Shown here one piece after another: positions 7,925-17,694 of a stretch of DNA of 32,000 nucleotides. This stretch comes from Planctopirus limnophila DSM 3776 (GTDB taxonomy: Bacteria; Planctomycetota; Planctomycetia; Planctomycetales; Planctomycetaceae), in contig NC_014148.1 of assembly GCF_000092105.1 (NCBI RefSeq), forward strand, positions 2,940,001 to 2,972,000. Reading direction: 5' to 3'. Each line of letters opens with the position of its first letter. Positions within the stretch are counted from its first letter, which is position 1. A program made the translations under genes and the position numbers. The notes beneath the pieces were generated by a model, which was not told where the DNA came from, made no database searches, and saw nothing but the letters and a program-made list of their open reading frames with translations.

Positions 7925-10597
7925 ATGGCTGCTGCCGATCCGTTCCATTCGATCTGTCAAATCCGTACATCATCTGGCGAATACAACATCGCCAGCCTCC
8001 CAGCCCTGGAAAAGGCGGGCCTGGCGAAGCTGAGTGAACTACCCTTCTCGATCCGTGTGCTGCTGGAAGCATGCCTTCGTAAGGTCGATGAGTTTGTTGT
8101 CACAAGCGAGCATGTGCGTCAAGTGGCCGGCTGGAATGCAGCGGCACCAGCACAGATCGAAATTCCATTCTTCCCAGGTCGAGTGGTGTTGCAAGACTTT
8201 ACCGGGGTTCCGGCGGTTGTCGATCTGGCCGCGTTGCGTTCTGCCATGCAGCGGATGTCCAAAGATCCCCGCAAAATCAATCCGCTGGTCCAGTGCGATC
8301 TGGTCATTGATCACTCAGTTCAGGTCGATTACTTCGGCACCGAACAATCGCTGCAGCAGAACATTGATCTTGAGTTCGAACGCAATCTGGAACGGTACCA
8401 ATTGCTGCGCTGGGCTCAGCAGGCCTTCAGCAATTTTGGCGTGGTTCCACCAGCGACCGGCATTGTCCATCAGGTCAATCTCGAATACCTCGCCAAAGGT
8501 GTGCTCACAAAAGATGGCTTTGCCTTCCCGGACAGTCTGGTGGGAACCGACAGCCACACGACGATGATCAATGGCCTGGGTGTCGTGGGCTGGGGTGTGG
8601 GTGGTATTGAGGCCGAAGCCGTCATGCTCGGGCAGCCGATCTACATGCTGATGCCTGAAGTCGTCGGCTTTAAGCTGACAGGCAAGCTCCCCGAAGGAGC
8701 AACGGCGACAGACCTCGTTCTGACCGTCACACAAATGCTGCGTAAGCATGGAGTGGTTGGGAAGTTTGTCGAGTTCTTTGGCACCGGGCTTTCGAGCATG
8801 TCATTGGCCGACCGGGCAACGATTGCCAACATGGCCCCTGAGTATGGCGCCACGATTGGCTTCTTCCCTGTTGACGCTGAAACTCTGCGTTACATGCGGC
8901 GCACTGGTCGCACAGATGCTGAAGTCGAGCTGGTGGAAACTTATTATAAAGCCCAGGGTCTCTTCCGTACGGATGATACACCGGATCCCAAGTTCACAAG
9001 CACCTTGTCGCTTGATCTTTCGACGGTCGTTCCCTCAATGGCCGGCCCCAAGCGTCCTCAGGATCGTGTCCTGCTGACGGACATGAAGTCGCAATGGCAC
9101 AGCGATCTGGCCAAGGCCTTTGGAAAGACCGAACCAGCTCAACCAGTAAAGGTTGGTCAGAATGGTTCGTCATACGAAATCGGTGATGGCGCCGTCGTGA
9201 TTGCGGCGATTACCAGTTGCACCAACACCAGCAATCCATCAGTCATGATTGGCGCAGGTCTGCTTGCCCGTAATGCGGTCAAGAAAGGTCTGACGAGAAA
9301 GCCATGGGTCAAAACCAGTCTGGCTCCCGGCAGCCGGGTGGTGACTGACTATCTGGCCAAGACCGGGCTGGATCAGCCACTGGATCAACTAGGCTTCAAT
9401 ACTGTGGGCTACGGCTGTACCACGTGTATTGGAAACAGCGGACCATTGCCAGACGAAGTTTCCAAGGCGATTCGAGATGGAAATCTGGTCGCTGCAGCTG
9501 TTCTTTCGGGGAACCGGAACTTCGAAGGTCGAATCAATGCCGACGTCAAAGCCAACTACCTCGCCAGCCCGCCGCTGGTGGTCGCTTATGCCATCGCTGG
9601 AACGACCGATATCGATCTGACCAAAGATCCGATTGGGACAGGCTCATCGGGAGAAGCGGTTTACCTGAAGGATATCTGGCCTTCCTCCAAAGAAATCGAA
9701 GCTGCCATCGAAGCGGCCATCACTCCCGATGTCTTCCAGCGCGAGTATGGAGCAGCGACCAAGGGCCCGGAAGAATGGCAGAAGATCGGTGGTGCTGGCG
9801 GCGACTTGTACCAGTGGGATACGAAAAGCACTTACGTGCAGGAACCTCCCTTCTTTGTCGATATGCCGGCAACGCCATCGCCAATCACCTCGATCCATAA
9901 TGCCCGCTGTCTTCTCTCAGTCGGTGACTCTGTCACGACCGATCACATCAGCCCTGCTGGTAACATCAAGGCCACCTCTCCTGCAGGTCTGTTCCTGCAG
10001 TCAGAAGGCGTCAAGCCCATCGACTTCAACAGCTATGGTGCAAGGCGTGGCAATGATCGCGTCATGACTCGCGGAACATTTGCCAACATTCGCCTGAAGA
10101 ACCTGCTCTGCCCCGGCACAGAAGGTGGAGTGACGGTTCACTTTGGTACCGGCGAACAGATGTCCGTCTACGATGCCTCGATCAAGTATAAGGCTGAAGG
10201 AACACCTCTGGTGGTCCTCGCTGGAGCCGAATACGGAACTGGCTCATCACGCGACTGGGCTGCCAAGGGAACGTATCTGTTAGGCGTCAAAGTCGTGATT
10301 GCCACTTCATTTGAGCGTATTCACCGTTCGAACCTGGTCGGTATGGGTGTGTTGCCACTGCAATTCCGCGAAGGAGAATCGAGAGAACACCTGGGACTGG
10401 ACGGAACTGAGGTCTTCGATGTTCAACTCGATGATTCGCTCAAGCCATTGCAACCTGTGGAAGTAATGGCACACAAGGCCGACGGCACCATGATCTCGTT
10501 CGTCTGTACCTGCCGAATCGATACGCCTGTGGAAGTAGAGTATTACCGCAATGGCGGAATTCTCCATAAGGTTTTGAGGCAGCTTGCAGCCGAGTAA
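7925..10597 (+). CDS. acnA: aconitate hydratase A (AcnA/IRP type)
   Basis: 890 aa. Aconitase Fe-S and active-site regions are present ([35 protein letters not shown]), as is the swivel domain ([17 protein letters not shown]). Confidence 0.95.
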   Translation: MAAADPFHSICQIRTSSGEYNIASLPALEKAGLAKLSELPFSIRVLLEACLRKVDEFVVTSEHVRQVAGWNAAAPAQIEIPFFPGRVVLQDFTGVPAVVDLAALRSAMQRMSKDPRKINPLVQCDLVIDHSVQVDYFGTEQSLQQNIDLEFERNLERYQLLRWAQQAFSNFGVVPPATGIVHQVNLEYLAKGVLTKDGFAFPDSLVGTDSHTTMINGLGVVGWGVGGIEAEAVMLGQPIYMLMPEVVGFKLTGKLPEGATATDLVLTVTQMLRKHGVVGKFVEFFGTGLSSMSLADRATIANMAPEYGATIGFFPVDAETLRYMRRTGRTDAEVELVETYYKAQGLFRTDDTPDPKFTSTLSLDLSTVVPSMAGPKRPQDRVLLTDMKSQWHSDLAKAFGKTEPAQPVKVGQNGSSYEIGDGAVVIAAITSCTNTSNPSVMIGAGLLARNAVKKGLTRKPWVKTSLAPGSRVVTDYLAKTGLDQPLDQLGFNTVGYGCTTCIGNSGPLPDEVSKAIRDGNLVAAAVLSGNRNFEGRINADVKANYLASPPLVVAYAIAGTTDIDLTKDPIGTGSSGEAVYLKDIWPSSKEIEAAIEAAITPDVFQREYGAATKGPEEWQKIGGAGGDLYQWDTKSTYVQEPPFFVDMPATPSPITSIHNARCLLSVGDSVTTDHISPAGNIKATSPAGLFLQSEGVKPIDFNSYGARRGNDRVMTRGTFANIRLKNLLCPGTEGGVTVHFGTGEQMSVYDASIKYKAEGTPLVVLAGAEYGTGSSRDWAAKGTYLLGVKVVIATSFERIHRSNLVGMGVLPLQFREGESREHLGLDGTEVFDVQLDDSLKPLQPVEVMAHKADGTMISFVCTCRIDTPVEVEYYRNGGILHKVLRQLAAE

Positions 10598-10658
10598 CTC
10601 CTGATAGAAAGCCGGCAGCAGCCACTCGATTTTCCAGGCTGTTGACATGACTTTGCTG

Positions 10659-10697
10659 GAAAGCCCCCGGCCTTATGGCTGGGGGCTTTCTGTTTTT
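10659..10697 (+). terminator. Rho-independent terminator of acnA
   Basis: GAAAGCCCCC (10659-10668) pairs with GGGGGCTTTC (10681-10690). The intervening ggcc-ttat-ggct extends the stem to about 14 bp with a tetraloop. It is followed by TGTTTTTGTG. It starts 61 nt after the acnA stop codon (which ends at 10597). Confidence 0.7.
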
Positions 10698-12202
10698 GTG
10701 TCGAAGCCGGCAATGCGTTCGGCCGCCTGTTCGCCACTGGCGATGGTATCGGGAATTCCCACTCCATCGTAGGAGTTGCCCGCCAGCACGATTCGAGGTG
10801 TCTGTGCAAGCTGTTCGCGAATCCTGGCGACGAGTTCCCGGTGGCCCAGATGAAATTGCGGCATCGCCCGAGGATATCGCACAATACGCGAAACCACGGG
10901 TTCTCCTTCAACTCCTAACATCTCCTGCAACTCCTGATGCACGAGTTTCTGCAACTGTTGATCGTCCAGTTCGCACAACTCTGGCTGTAGCGCTCCGCCG
11001 ACAAACGTTCGCAACAATGCACAACCCGGAGGGACTCGATCGGGGAACTTCCGATGCGAAAATGAGACCGCCAGAATTTTGCGACGCTCGACCCGTGGAA
11101 TCACTAAACCGAAAGCTCCCAGCGGTTTTTTGATCTGCGATTCCTGATGCCCCGTAACAACGATGACACTCGAAGCGAATTCAATTCGGGAGAGCTCCTG
11201 GGAAAGACTCGCCTGATCCGTGGCCAGAAGTTCCGCCGATTTCCACGCAGGAAGTGCCAGGATCACTGTGTCAAAAGTTTCTGGTCGTCGACCCTTTGTA
11301 TGCAGTACGACCTCACTTTGATGAGCAGCATTTTCGTTTTGGGATTGATGTTCGACTCGAGTGACTTCGGTACTCAGTCTTAAGGAAATTTGGCCGACGA
11401 TTCTTGCAAGTAACCAGTCCACCAGTTCCTGCATGCCACCTTTTAATCCCAGAAACAATCCATAGCGGGCTCCTGTGGCCTGCTGTTGGGGAGAGCCTCG
11501 CTTCTGCAAAGCACGAACTGTCGCTGCACGAATCAGACTGCCGTATTGTTTTTCATCCGCCGGAAAACGAGGAAGTGCCGCTTGAATACTCAGCTTGGAC
11601 GGGTCGGCCGTATAAATACCGCTTACCAACGGTTGTACCAGTCGGTCAAATGCTTCCCGGCCGAACCTTCGCACAACGAACGCTTCCAGCGACTCATCGT
11701 TCTCGTCTTGCCTGGGTGGAACAAAACGCTCACCGAGCATGCGCAGTTTGCCTGAGACTGATAACAGGGATGTCGTCAGGATGGGCAAAGCCTTGGAAGG
11801 AGTCATCAGGTTGACCCCTTCTGGCACGAGGCATAACTTCTTGCCACGAAGAATGTAGGCCCCTCGAAAGTTTTTACTCATACCAATCAGAGAATCTTTC
11901 AGCCCGAGGCGAAGGCAAAGATTCAATGCTGCTGGTTTATCAGTGATGAAGGAATCGCCCCCCAGATCAATCTGATACCCGGCAATTGATTCAGTCCCAA
12001 CGAGCCCACCCAGCCGAGATTGCGATTCAAACAACGTGATCTCAAATCGTCGGTTCTGCTCGGCAGCAATTTCGACCAGGCGATGTGCAGCAGCCAGTCC
12101 ACTCAAGCCACCACCGACAATGGCAATTCGGAAGGGTGAAGAAGATCTTCTGGGAGAATCACTTTTGTACCCGCCCTGATCAGATCCTCCAGGAGCATTC
12201 AT
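10673..12202 (-). CDS. hemY: HemY-family protoporphyrinogen/coproporphyrinogen III oxidase (FAD-dependent)
   Basis: N-terminal dinucleotide fold RIAIVGGGLSGLAAAHRL, about 500 aa, HemY-like C-terminus (LAGNSYDGVGIPDTIASG). It lies adjacent to hemE and hemD. Confidence 0.88.
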   Translation of the reverse strand: MNAPGGSDQGGYKSDSPRRSSSPFRIAIVGGGLSGLAAAHRLVEIAAEQNRRFEITLFESQSRLGGLVGTESIAGYQIDLGGDSFITDKPAALNLCLRLGLKDSLIGMSKNFRGAYILRGKKLCLVPEGVNLMTPSKALPILTTSLLSVSGKLRMLGERFVPPRQDENDESLEAFVVRRFGREAFDRLVQPLVSGIYTADPSKLSIQAALPRFPADEKQYGSLIRAATVRALQKRGSPQQQATGARYGLFLGLKGGMQELVDWLLARIVGQISLRLSTEVTRVEHQSQNENAAHQSEVVLHTKGRRPETFDTVILALPAWKSAELLATDQASLSQELSRIEFASSVIVVTGHQESQIKKPLGAFGLVIPRVERRKILAVSFSHRKFPDRVPPGCALLRTFVGGALQPELCELDDQQLQKLVHQELQEMLGVEGEPVVSRIVRYPRAMPQFHLGHRELVARIREQLAQTPRIVLAGNSYDGVGIPDTIASGEQAAERIAGFDTKTESPQP

Positions 12203-12247
12203 AATACTTCTCAGAAAAGTGGTCTACTGGCAGGTGAAAGAGCGATT

Positions 12248-13309
12248 TCAACGAGCACCTGACTCATGAACATGGCGTACCAACTCTTTCACTTTCTCAG
12301 GATCGACTTCCGGATAGACACCATGCCCGAGATTAAAGACGTGTCCACGATGACCTCGACTGGCCTCGAGAATGGCATCGGCCTTCGCCTTCAAGATAGG
12401 AAGATCAGCTTCGAGGACCAGTGGATCGAGATTGCCCTGAATCCCCTTGGAATCACCGACGAGCTTCCAGACATCACCAATATCGTGCCGCCAATCGATG
12501 CCGAGGAGGCTTCCTCCCGCTTCATTCTGCATGGCCAGTAGTGCCGGATTTCCCGTCATGAAGTTGATGACTGCCACATGCGGCATCAATTCCCGAATGA
12601 CAGCTTTTGTGTGGGGCAAAACAAATTCTCGATAATCCGAAGGAGATAAGCAGCCCGCCCAGCTATCGAAGATCTGCACGGCCTGACATCCGGCAGCCGC
12701 CTGGGCCAGCAGATATCTGACAATCGTCCGCGAGAGTCTCCCCATCAGTTCGTGCCATTCTTCCGGATGGTTGTACATCCATCGTTTGGTATGCAGATAA
12801 TTGCGAGATCCCCCCCCTTCCAGAACATAAGAAGCCAATGTGAATGGCGCCCCGGCAAAACCCAGCAAGGGGATGTTTCCGGGAAGGTCTTTGCGAATGA
12901 GGCGAATCGCATCGTAAACAAATCCAAGAGAACTCAAATCTTCGAGTTCGCGAAATCGCTGCAAATCTTCAGGAGCCCGCAAGGGATTATGAATCACAGG
13001 CCCTTCCCCTTTGGCGTATTCCAGATCAATGCCCATGGGGCGAAGCATGGGCAGTAGATCGGCAAAGAGAATCGCGGCATCGACATCGAGCACTTCCCGC
13101 GCAGTGAGCGTCACTTCGGCTGCCAAGGCGGGGGTTTCGCAAAGTTCTAAAAAGGTCACTTTGCTGCGAACAGCCATGTATTCGGGCAGATATCGCCCAG
13201 CCTGACGCATGATCCAGATGGGAGTGGTATCAGTCGCTTCACGGCGAACGGCTCGCATAAAGCGACTGTCAGCCAATTCCGTTGTCATCATCAGAGGAGT
13301 TACTTTCAC
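12248..13309 (-). CDS. hemE: uroporphyrinogen decarboxylase
   Basis: PIWIMRQAGRYLPEY signature and full-length HemE similarity. The start is ambiguous: GTG 13309 or ATG 13291/13288 (MMTTELADSRFMRA...). Confidence 0.93.
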   Translation of the reverse strand: MKVTPLMMTTELADSRFMRAVRREATDTTPIWIMRQAGRYLPEYMAVRSKVTFLELCETPALAAEVTLTAREVLDVDAAILFADLLPMLRPMGIDLEYAKGEGPVIHNPLRAPEDLQRFRELEDLSSLGFVYDAIRLIRKDLPGNIPLLGFAGAPFTLASYVLEGGGSRNYLHTKRWMYNHPEEWHELMGRLSRTIVRYLLAQAAAGCQAVQIFDSWAGCLSPSDYREFVLPHTKAVIRELMPHVAVINFMTGNPALLAMQNEAGGSLLGIDWRHDIGDVWKLVGDSKGIQGNLDPLVLEADLPILKAKADAILEASRGHRGHVFNLGHGVYPEVDPEKVKELVRHVHESGAR

Positions 13310-13444
13310 AGGAAGATTTTGGGCATGAGGCCATCGAGTTTTCAGCGAAATTTCAGGGATGCCCGCAACAACAAAGATAGACGAGTCGGGCCGAGAATTT
13401 CAGCAGCATCCAGGCAAAAGGCAAATCCTTCAGTCTTTGGTAAT

Positions 13445-14320
13445 TCACTGTTTTCGGGCAACAATCGGCAAACCGGCCTCACAAACCAGCTTGACCAGTG
13501 GGCCCATTTTAGGATGCTCGGGTTCTAAGTCAGGAGCAAGCCCCTGCTCGATAAGCGTTTCTGTCGCAGTGGGGCCAATCGAACCAATCACACACCGGTT
13601 GGCTGCCTGAAGAAACTGTATTTTCAACCCCATGCGATCGGCGACTTCCAGCACATGATGCACCTGCTGAGCACTCGTCCACAAGAGAGCATCAAACTCA
13701 CCTCGCACACAGGTACGAATCGCATTTTCAAGGGGATTTAAATCTTCTGGCAAAGCCCATCGATAGACGGGAACCCTCGTCACAATGGCACCACGCTGCT
13801 GAAGTTCCTCGTACAATAACTCATTGGGCTGACCATATTCCTGCACAGCCATCGAAACGGATTGAAGTGCACCCCAATCGTCGAGAGTGGAAAGCAGTTC
13901 TCGCCAGGTGTTTGGTTCGGGGGCACGCGCATCAACATGCACACCCCACTCCCTCAGCACGGCATGGGGTTTGGGCCCACGAACAATCGTCACGCAGCGA
14001 TCCCAGGCAGCCAGGATCTCGTCTCTGGGAAATCGAGTTTCCAATACTTCAAGTAAAGCTCTCGCCCCCACACCGGTGAGGAAAACCATCAGGCGGAATT
14101 CGTGATTGAGTAATCGTTCCCCAAATCGGAACGCCTCAGGGTTCTCTCCGAGAGAAATCTCACGCATCGACGGTGCAATCGTGGCGAGCCCGCCCATACG
14201 CTCGATCAGCGAAGCCATCTCCTCGCCACGGCGGCTCTCGAAAGAGCAGATTTTCAGGCGGTCAGTCTTATCATTACTGACTGGATGAGATGAGCTCTGC
14301 ACGTTCGCCTTTCCCAACAT
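13445..14320 (-). CDS. hemD: uroporphyrinogen-III synthase
   Basis: Two-lobed HemD pattern (ICSFESRRGEEMASLIERMGG..., FLTGVGARALL, LLWTSAQQVHHV, IGSIGPTATETL). The tracked ORF reaches 14404, but those first 28 residues look non-conserved, so I prefer ATG 14320 (MLGKANV...). Confidence 0.78.
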   Translation of the reverse strand: MLGKANVQSSSHPVSNDKTDRLKICSFESRRGEEMASLIERMGGLATIAPSMREISLGENPEAFRFGERLLNHEFRLMVFLTGVGARALLEVLETRFPRDEILAAWDRCVTIVRGPKPHAVLREWGVHVDARAPEPNTWRELLSTLDDWGALQSVSMAVQEYGQPNELLYEELQQRGAIVTRVPVYRWALPEDLNPLENAIRTCVRGEFDALLWTSAQQVHHVLEVADRMGLKIQFLQAANRCVIGSIGPTATETLIEQGLAPDLEPEHPKMGPLVKLVCEAGLPIVARKQ

Positions 14321-14481
14321 GTCACCTGCTTCAGCAGTCTCTGAATGACCAGATTGCTCGCTGAAGTGTATCAAACATGTGAGGTGGCGTCCGCTGGACA
14401 TCACCCGGAAAGCTGGTGGTAGATAAATTCCACCAGACTTGGGGAGTACTCAGCGCAAATTCCAAGATGAACAAAAGGCCG

Positions 14482-14569
14482 ACAGGGGTGAAAGACTGGC
14501 AGTGTAGGCGCTCGCCCGAGTAAAGCCAAACGACCACACCCGGCTACACTGCCAGCCTTTCACCCCTGT
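14482..14569. repeat. orphan inverted repeat / long hairpin (26-nt arms, 25/26 complementary, 36-nt loop)
   Basis: Arm 14482-14507 is acaggggtgaaagactggcagtgtag. Arm 14544-14569 is ctacactgccagcctttcacccctgt. The single mismatch (A14495/C14556) becomes a G-U wobble if the minus strand is transcribed. On the minus strand the stem is followed directly by cggccTTTTGTTCATCTT. Confidence 0.6.
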
Positions 14570-14933
14570 GCAGGCTGTCTAATCAGTGGGCAATTTATGC
14601 GCCATTCGTTGAACAAACGGCACGACACCCGAGAAATGCAAGAATTGAACTTGTTTTCGCACATTTGACCTCTTCAATTTTTCACAGGAGCATCAATGGC
14701 CGATTCGGAATGGCTGATCTCTTAAGCAAATGGGCTGGCTCTTCGCTTAACTTTCATGCAATCACAAAAATATACAAAAAAACACTAATGTATCTGGAAT
14801 TACATCACTTCATGACGATGCATAACGCACCTTCAGTTCCCGCATTTCGGATTTTCTTGCGACGACAGCCAGTCAAATTAGTACAATCAAAACAGCATCC
14901 GTATTCTGGAAGTTGAGCTAAGGATCAGCAGGC

Positions 14934-16274
14934 GTGGATAACGCTGAACCACTAGAACATTGGACATCCCATATCGGCCTTTTCGGGTGGTACAAACTGG
15001 CGTTTCCCCCCAGTTGGAGTCTCATCGAGCGGCAGGGACATGTCCTGCTCCGCCCTGCAGAAGGCCAGGCGACACTCTCTTTAACCGTCTCGTGGTCCAA
15101 TCAGCCAGCCGATCCACAATCTGCACTCAAGAAGCTGCTCATTGATAAGTACGCACACCGCCGCCGCATGCAGGTGCGAGGCTCTGCTCACCCTGGCAAC
15201 AATACTGGCTGGCATTGCGGCGAGACACTTCTTCAGCCTCCTGCGAGTTTCTGGAAACGTTTGTGGGAACGCGGGAATTGGCAGAAGTTTCAGGTGACCG
15301 TGATTGCTGAAGGGCACCTGCTGCTGGTGGCAGAGCTGTTACAAGGGAGTGATGTTGATCATGAGTTTCAGACGTTAGCAAAAGTTGTGATCCAGACTCT
15401 GAAACTGAATCCTGCACCCTGCGATCCACCGAATGTCTTTATCGCCAGAGCTGTCGATTTTATTCGACAGGCTCATCCCGATCTGAATTGTCAGCAGGCT
15501 GGTGATCTGCAGATTCATCTGGGAGGGAGCACTGTCAGCCTCGTGAATTTTTACCGCGAGTACCTGCATAGACCCAACTACTTTGAAGCGATTCTCGAAA
15601 ACGCCGTGGGAACTCTGGTCAACCTGCAAAAGGAGACCTCCGGGAACTTTCGTCCCAAACGGGAGAGCGTAGTTCATCGGCTGATTCCCATGCTTTACCC
15701 CCAAAAATCGATTCGAAATGCCGTCGGTCCAGGACTGTTTGATACGGATCACTGGGAAGGCGGCCCCTTGCAACTGGCAACTCGCGAAGCCAACGAACTG
15801 GGTTTCGTCTGTGAAGGGTTCGCAGCAGATCTGGCGATGACTTATGTTGTTGATGAAGAGCAGGCGTACTGGTATGTGCAGCCGGCACAGCTTGAAGACT
15901 GGGAGATGACTTACGAGGAACTGCGATCCATTGCTCTGGAAAATCTCGATCGACATTTTGAAGCCCACCCGATGGAAATGACCGTCATCGAGAGTGAGCA
16001 CGGACCGGCGGTCGCCATGCCTACCAAACCGGATGCCTACAATGCCGCACGACTGGCGAGTGAGTCTTTCCGCGAGCGATTACGTCTACTTCTGGGCGGG
16101 TCGTGTGTGGTCGGTGTCCCGAATCGAGATTTTTTCGTCGCAGTCAGCCTTTCCTGTGAAGAGACTGTTGAACAAATTCGTGAACGAGTGACCGTGGATC
16201 ATCACCAGATGACCCATCCACTCACTTCGCGACTGCTGCTGATTACGGCCGATGGTGTCAGCGAATATGTCTGA
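14934..16274 (+). CDS. hypothetical protein: N-terminal domain of unknown function fused to a DUF1444 (YtpQ/UPF0354-like) domain
   Basis: Long ORF with GTG start and AAGGA 9 nt upstream. The C-terminal part (...MTYEELRSIALENLDRHF...PDAYNAARLASESFRERLRLLLGGSCVVGVPNRDFFVAVSL) resembles the DUF1444 pattern of B. subtilis YtpQ (NL..., DGYDASR..., PHQDVL). The first roughly 160 aa match nothing I recognise. Confidence 0.7.
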   Translation: MDNAEPLEHWTSHIGLFGWYKLAFPPSWSLIERQGHVLLRPAEGQATLSLTVSWSNQPADPQSALKKLLIDKYAHRRRMQVRGSAHPGNNTGWHCGETLLQPPASFWKRLWERGNWQKFQVTVIAEGHLLLVAELLQGSDVDHEFQTLAKVVIQTLKLNPAPCDPPNVFIARAVDFIRQAHPDLNCQQAGDLQIHLGGSTVSLVNFYREYLHRPNYFEAILENAVGTLVNLQKETSGNFRPKRESVVHRLIPMLYPQKSIRNAVGPGLFDTDHWEGGPLQLATREANELGFVCEGFAADLAMTYVVDEEQAYWYVQPAQLEDWEMTYEELRSIALENLDRHFEAHPMEMTVIESEHGPAVAMPTKPDAYNAARLASESFRERLRLLLGGSCVVGVPNRDFFVAVSLSCEETVEQIRERVTVDHHQMTHPLTSRLLLITADGVSEYV

Positions 16275-16382
16275 AGTCGCGATTACAAGTTGAGTATTCG
16301 TATCATCCATTGAATCGCACACTGGAATTATTCATACAGTATCGGTTAGGTGCACAATCGCCTCGTTGAAATCAATGCTTAA

Positions 16383-17180
16383 TTGCTAAGGGAAATGTTT
16401 GTGGAACGCTCGATGATTCTTCTGGGGACGGGAACCAGTCATGGCGTTCCGATCATTGGGTGTCACTGTCCGATCTGTCTGTCAGAAAACCCTCGAAATC
16501 GCCGGACACGTTCAGGCGTTGCAGTCGAAGCCCCCGAAGGTCTTTTTCTGATCGACACATCGCCCGAGCTGCGAATTCAACTCATTCGAGAGAAGATCGA
16601 TCTCGTCCATGCGGCAATCTACACGCATTCCCATGCCGACCATATCTTCGGGCTCGATGACCTCAGGCTCTTTGGTTATCGACTCAATCGACCAATCCCC
16701 CTCTACTGCGAAGAAATTGTCGAGCAACAATTAAGAGCAGCGTTCTCGTACGCGTTTGTCCCTCCGCCCCCTGATTTGCACATGGGGGCTGTCCCCATGC
16801 TCAAATTTGAGCGACTCTCTCTGGAACCTTTTCAACTTTTAGGGCTGAATATCCTTCCCATCCGTTTGATGCACGGCAAACTTCCCGTCCTGGGTTTCCG
16901 GATTGGGAATGTGGCTTTCTGCACTGATGTCAGCTTTATCCCCGAAGAGAGTCTGGAGCGACTCATGGGCCTGGATGTGCTCATTATCGATGCCCTTCGC
17001 GACACACCTCATGCCACGCATTTTGGGATTCCGCAGGCACTGGAGATTATCCAATTGACACAGCCCAAACGAGCTTTTTTGACCCACGTTTCGCATCATC
17101 TCGATTACGAAACGACCAACAAGCGACTCCCGCCTCATGTGGAACTGGCGTATGATGGCTTGCGAATCCCCTTGACCTGA
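16383..17180 (+). CDS. MBL-fold metallo-hydrolase, PhnP/PqqB-like subgroup
   Basis: HxHxDH motif (THSHADHIFGLDDLR) and an N-terminal GTGTSHGVP..GCHCPIC (CxCxxC) motif, as in PhnP/PqqB-type beta-lactamase-fold enzymes. The start is uncertain: TTG 16383, ATG 16395 or ATG 16413. Confidence 0.85.
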   Translation: MLREMFVERSMILLGTGTSHGVPIIGCHCPICLSENPRNRRTRSGVAVEAPEGLFLIDTSPELRIQLIREKIDLVHAAIYTHSHADHIFGLDDLRLFGYRLNRPIPLYCEEIVEQQLRAAFSYAFVPPPPDLHMGAVPMLKFERLSLEPFQLLGLNILPIRLMHGKLPVLGFRIGNVAFCTDVSFIPEESLERLMGLDVLIIDALRDTPHATHFGIPQALEIIQLTQPKRAFLTHVSHHLDYETTNKRLPPHVELAYDGLRIPLT

Positions 17181-17248
17181 GATCGTGATCTTGGGAAGTT
17201 CACTCTCTGTGTCAATGACTTCCTGGTGCACAGAAGACAGGCCGCCCG

Positions 17249-17662
17249 ATGAACCACGAACAGGCGTGCTGGAATTATCTCAAGTTGGCCAGTGTGGCAG
17301 ACCAGAAGGGGCAATGGCTGCCTCGCAATCGCCTCCTGCTCATGGTTTCAATCACTGCAGCGCGCGCCGGCTGGCTGGATCTGGCTGACAAAGCTCGACA
17401 GTTATTGATTGCCTCAAATCCCAGACATCCCTTGAACTCACCCCTGCCGATCGCCAACTCGCTCAATCAGGAATCTGTTCAGTCACTGATTGATCGTTAC
17501 TCCAGGCAGGTGAACTATGAGCGGGCAGAGCATCTGGTACTGCAATCGCACGACGCCCAAAGTCTCCCGCCAGAAACGAGTGAGTATCAGGCATGCCTGG
17601 AACTTTTCCATCGGCTGTCCACAAACACGACTGGCACGTCGTTTTCTGCAGAAGATGCTTGA
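17249..17662 (+). CDS. hypothetical protein (137 aa, helical-looking, no recognised family)
   Basis: It is the only substantial ORF in this interval, co-directional with and 68 nt downstream of the MBL gene. Its amino-acid composition is plausible. I recognised no motif. Confidence 0.5.
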   Translation: MNHEQACWNYLKLASVADQKGQWLPRNRLLLMVSITAARAGWLDLADKARQLLIASNPRHPLNSPLPIANSLNQESVQSLIDRYSRQVNYERAEHLVLQSHDAQSLPPETSEYQACLELFHRLSTNTTGTSFSAEDA

Positions 17663-17694
17663 ATATTCTGATTGCGCAGTTTTTGGCGGTGCCA

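Noticed and set aside
14857-14887. TTGCGA-N19-TACAAT as a promoter for the DUF1444 gene
   Set aside because: The -10 element is good, but the 19-nt spacer is outside the usual 16-18 nt range. This is too weak to list as a feature.
14665-14916. 83-aa ORF in the AT-rich spacer upstream of the DUF1444 gene
   Set aside because: The region is AT-rich and promoter-like, the composition is atypical (many F/H/K/S/M), and there is no RBS. It is most likely non-coding.
15375-16001. 208-aa ORF antisense to the DUF1444 gene
   Set aside because: Shadow ORF. The plus-strand frame has the recognisable domain pattern and a plausible RBS.
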